Assembly: GCA_951406725.2 (NCBI GenBank)
Contig: OX597819.1
Location: 7,192,001-7,256,000, forward strand
DNA length: 64,000 bases
From: Octopus vulgaris
Lineage: Eukaryota
Direction: 5' to 3'
A model generated the notes under the pieces. The model saw only the letters and a list, made by a program, of their open reading frames with translations. It had not been told where the DNA came from and made no database searches. Position numbers and translations under genes: made by a program. This document shows positions 61,736 through 64,000 of this stretch, piece by piece. Within the stretch, counting starts at the first letter, position 1; the number at the start of each line of letters is the position of its first letter.

Positions 61736-62734
61736 TATATATATATGGATAATACCATACAAAATTCTGGTGCCTTTGACTTAAGTACCATATTCATCTG
61801 AATCTAAATTTTGCTGATATATATATATATAATGTTATTATTAAAGCTGCAAAAACATCCCACACTACACTAGTGTGTTGTTCTTTAATTTCTGGTCAAC
61901 CTTGACTGAGTAGCCTTAAGATGAAAGTCTTACTACAATGGCTATGACATCTTTTGGTTTCAAACGGTTAATTGAGAGCTACATTTTCCAATGTCTCTTT
62001 CTCTTATTAACATGAGAGAGCATGTTTTATTTGCTCTTTCTAGTAGGTCATGTAACCAATCTGACTGGCAAACTGTGTAGAGGCTCCCTCTCCTGTAGAG
62101 TTGGATGTTACCAGAATAGAAATCAAATCATATGATATCAGTCTTAGACTGACAGTTTGTCATTGTTCTGATATACTCAACTTTGGCTCTTCACCAATAA
62201 AATAACTTACCTATACCCTCCTCTCTTAGCCACTGGTAATTTATCTCTTAACTATCTATACACTATCAACATTGTACATCCGTCACATAATACTGATCTA
62301 TGAAATCTAAGCATTTTTCAAGGGGGTCACCAAAGTGGAGATTGTGTGGCATTTGTGGGGAAGAAGGAGCCTCTTGGGATTAACTTAAGTCTCTGTTAAC
62401 TATTTTGTTACGATATTTCTTCTGAAATACACCACCTTTATTTGAATTAATTTTGAAAATAATTTAGGATTTAATAAAATTTCTATTATTATGAAGCAGA
62501 TGTTTTGGAACAAAAATTAAATGAAATTCTGATGGAAGGTTTTAATTTAGATCTCTTTGAAACTGAGAATTTGTATCATATAACCAATGCCAGTCTCAGG
62601 CAGGTTAGTAGGAAAAGGGTTGACCCTTTTGATATCAAAAGTTATGGAAACAAGGAAAGATAATTCTAGTCTTCCTTTTCTTTCATATACAGGGTAGTGC
62701 ATGAAAAAGTAGCATAAGTGTAAATAGAAAAAAA

Positions 62735-63210
62735 GATTTACCCACATGAAAAACCACCCAGCCTTTTGTTTGCAAATGTCATTGTGTTATTTTGATCATT
62801 TTTACTGCTATTTGGAAGCCATGAGCAGTAATTTACTTGTTTTGCTCTTATCGTCCCTTTAAAATGATATGGCTTCAACTTTAGACTTTTCAACACCTGT
62901 TGGCATGACCTCCTACATACGTGAGACTATTGCACCAATTTATGAGTTGATTTCTTTGGACTTCAAGTAAACCTGTGGTGAATGTCTTGACTAAGTTTCA
63001 GGATTTAAACTGTAGGGTTTCTTTGTTTTGGGGCATTGGGAACTGACCTCACGGTGCATCACTTCCTGACCAATAGTTGCATCATACTCTTTGCTGCTAT
63101 GACATTACTCAAAAACTCAACTTCAAAAATTTCACTTGTTCGCTTAACAGAACCTGTTCTCGCACATACTTCCACAATCTCCACTTCTACCATTACTGAG
63201 TACATCATCT
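62735..63210 (-). mobile_element. highly decayed Tc1/mariner-superfamily transposase fragment
   Basis: VEIVEVCARTGSVKRT, SPKKST.KL and LKSLKLKPYH fragments with frameshifts. Confidence 0.6.
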
Positions 63211-63786
63211 TGTAGAAAAGGCTAGAGATGCTCACTCAGTGAAATTTTTCTTACAATCATGAGTCCAACACCCTAACCACTAAGTCATGTGCCTCCACTT
63301 TTATTTTGGTGGTTGTGGAGTTGTATACATAGAGTGAATCAAAAGTCCCTTTAGCATCAATATAAACTAGTTAACAACGAAGGTCAGTAGAGGTTGTTTT
63401 TCATGTCAGTACCCATGTGTTTTTCTCCCAGCTCTCCATTTCTGTCTCTTCCTTTCACCTTTTCCTCTTCTCTGGACTTTATTCTCTGATGAGGGGCTAT
63501 GCCTGAAGCATCATGTTTTTACTTTTAATTTTCCCTCTAAAACTTTCATCAAGTATCAAGCTAATAATATTCACTTTGAATGTCTATGACTTTTGTTGTT
63601 TTTGTTTTTGAATTCATCATTCATTATCAGTTTGTCAGTTGAGGTTCGTTAAGCTTATAAATGAGTATCTTGTCTCCACTTTCTCCATCTCTCCTTCACA
63701 CCTTCCAGCTTCTCATGACAGCCTTCACCACCCACCTGTCAACTGCATTTATTATGCACTCACCTCACTGTTAACTGTCACAAGTG

Positions 63787-64000
63787 TGGAGGCGCAATGG
63801 CCCAGTGGTTAGGGCAGTGGACTCACAGTCGTAGGATCGCGGTTTCGATTCCCAGACCGGGCGTTGTGAGTGTTTATTGAGCGAAAACACCGAAAGCTGC
63901 ACGAGGCTCCGGCAGGGGATGGTGGTGATCCCTGCTGTACTCTTTCACCACAACTTTCTCTCACTCTTACTTCCTGTTTCTGTTGTACCTGTATTTCAAG
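63787..64000 (+). mobile_element. SINE family B, runs off the window end
   Basis: matches 3587 onward. Confidence 0.9.

Overview
AT-rich, repeat-dense animal genomic DNA. The SINE/RTE content looks like an octopus (coleoid cephalopod) genome; this is an inference and was not database-checked. I assembled two convergent multi-exon genes by hand from splice sites and exon phases. (1) On +, the 3' part of F-box DNA helicase 1 (FBH1/FBXO18) runs 1594-22665, with UvrD/SF1A motifs II-VI intact, a C-terminal CxxC..CxxC and two small candidate phase-1 cassette exons. (2) On -, six phase-compatible exons (57403 down to 28162) encode the large loop, TM4 and tail of a divergent tetraspanin-like protein. 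The rest is a mosaic of four tRNA-headed SINE families, RTE/CR1/Tx1 LINE fragments, non-autonomous Helitrons, TTAA (piggyBac-type) MITEs, mariner/Tc1, Tigger-like, Gypsy and Penelope relics, plus two very long microsatellites ((CAT)n ~0.86 kb, (CATA)n ~2.1 kb). Nearly all ORFs in the supplied track are repeat artefacts. The most interesting signals are tandem compact pseudoknot-like units in the RTE 3' UTR, inverted SINE pairs bracketing single FBH1 exons, the unannotated-looking tetraspanin-like gene, a LINE inserted in a (TC)n tract, hammerhead-like motifs, and a MER2-like element. Exon and terminal-motif coordinates were counted base by base; many repeat boundaries are approximate.
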